A stretch of 64,000 nt of DNA from Chiloscyllium plagiosum (lineage: Eukaryota): positions 37,262,138 to 37,326,137 of the forward strand of contig NC_057719.1 of NCBI RefSeq assembly GCF_004010195.1, read 5' to 3'. The notes under the pieces are model-generated. The model saw nothing but the letters and a program-made list of their open reading frames with translations. It was not told the DNA's origin and ran no database searches. The position numbers and the translations under genes were made by a program. Shown piece by piece: positions 63,234 to 64,000 of this stretch (positions within the stretch are counted from its first letter, which is position 1; every line of letters begins with the position of its first letter).

Positions 63234-63621
63234 TTAGAGTCTTAGAGTCAAAGAGATGTACAGCACAGAAACAGACCTTTCGGTCCAATTCATCCATGCT
63301 GACCAGATATCCCAACCCAATCTAGTCCCATCTGCCAGCACCTGGCCCATATCTGTCCAAACCCTTCCTATTCATATACCCATCCAGATGCCTTTTACAG
63401 GTTGCAATTGTACCAGCCTCCACTACTTCCTCTGGCAGCTCATTCCACCCACACACCACTCTCTGCATGAAAACATTGCCCCTGACATCTCTTTTATATC
63501 TTTTCCCTCTCACCCTAAACCTATGCCCTCTAGTTCAGGACTCCCCCACCCCAGGGAAAAGACCTTGCCTATTTACACTATCGATGCCCTTCATGGTTTT
63601 ATAAATTCTCTATAAGGTCAC
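63234..63621 (-). mobile_element. CR1/HER1-like LINE 3' fragment nested in an older plus-strand CR1 (~62880-64000)
   Basis: WNELPEEVVEAGTI motif and 3' tail. The flanks encode degenerate VPQGSVLG before the insertion and continue the RT after it. Confidence 0.88.
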
Positions 63622-64000
63622 AGAGGACCAAACATAATATTTCTAAATTTGTAAATGTTACAAAGCCAAGCAGGAGTGCTTGGTGGGAGGAAGATATAAA
63701 ATGTTTTCAGGAGGATTTGGACAGGCCTAGTGAGTTGGCAAGATCATGACAAATGAAATACAGTGTGAAAAAATGCGGAGGTTACCCACTTTGGTAGGAA
63801 GAACGCCAATGTGCCGAATTTTCTTAATAAGTGAGAGATATGTGTGTTCTTACCAATAAGCAGCTGAGAGCTAACACGCAGGTGCAGTAAACTATTAGCA
63901 AGGCTAATTGAACGACAGCCTTTATCACGAAGATTTGAGTACAGGAGTAGTGAAGTCTTGCTTCAATTGTAGGTGAGCATATTGAGAGTGCACCTGGAGT

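Overview
Vertebrate genomic DNA, almost certainly from a cartilaginous fish (shark): the repeats resemble elasmobranch HE1 V-SINEs, HER1/CR1 LINEs and Penelope-like elements. The only host gene I can support is the 3' end of EML1 (echinoderm microtubule-associated protein-like 1) on the minus strand. It has four phase-compatible GT-AG coding exons (62672-62585, 59334-59239, 47179-47049, 44613-44488) encoding the last 146 aa of the WD40/TAPE domain, then a ~1 kb 3'UTR with a poly(A) signal at 43499-43509. The rest is intronic or downstream intergenic DNA with layered transposons: CR1-clade LINEs of several ages, an end-to-end L1-clade element with a 14-bp TSD and a YY1 motif, tRNA-derived SINEs, Penelope-like element (PLE) footprints with minimal hammerhead-ribozyme motifs, and fossil Gypsy, L2 and probably Harbinger remnants. 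Most ORFs in the supplied track are LINE fragments or their antisense shadows. The best leads are (i) a tandem pair of PLE hammerhead motifs in the sense strand of the last EML1 intron, (ii) a sense-oriented L1 with mammalian-like YY1 and TTTT/AA hallmarks just upstream of the penultimate EML1 exon, (iii) template-switch hairpins at retroelement junctions, and (iv) a strong CTCF motif downstream of EML1. I found no new protein-coding system. Family assignments come from recalled motifs, not database searches.
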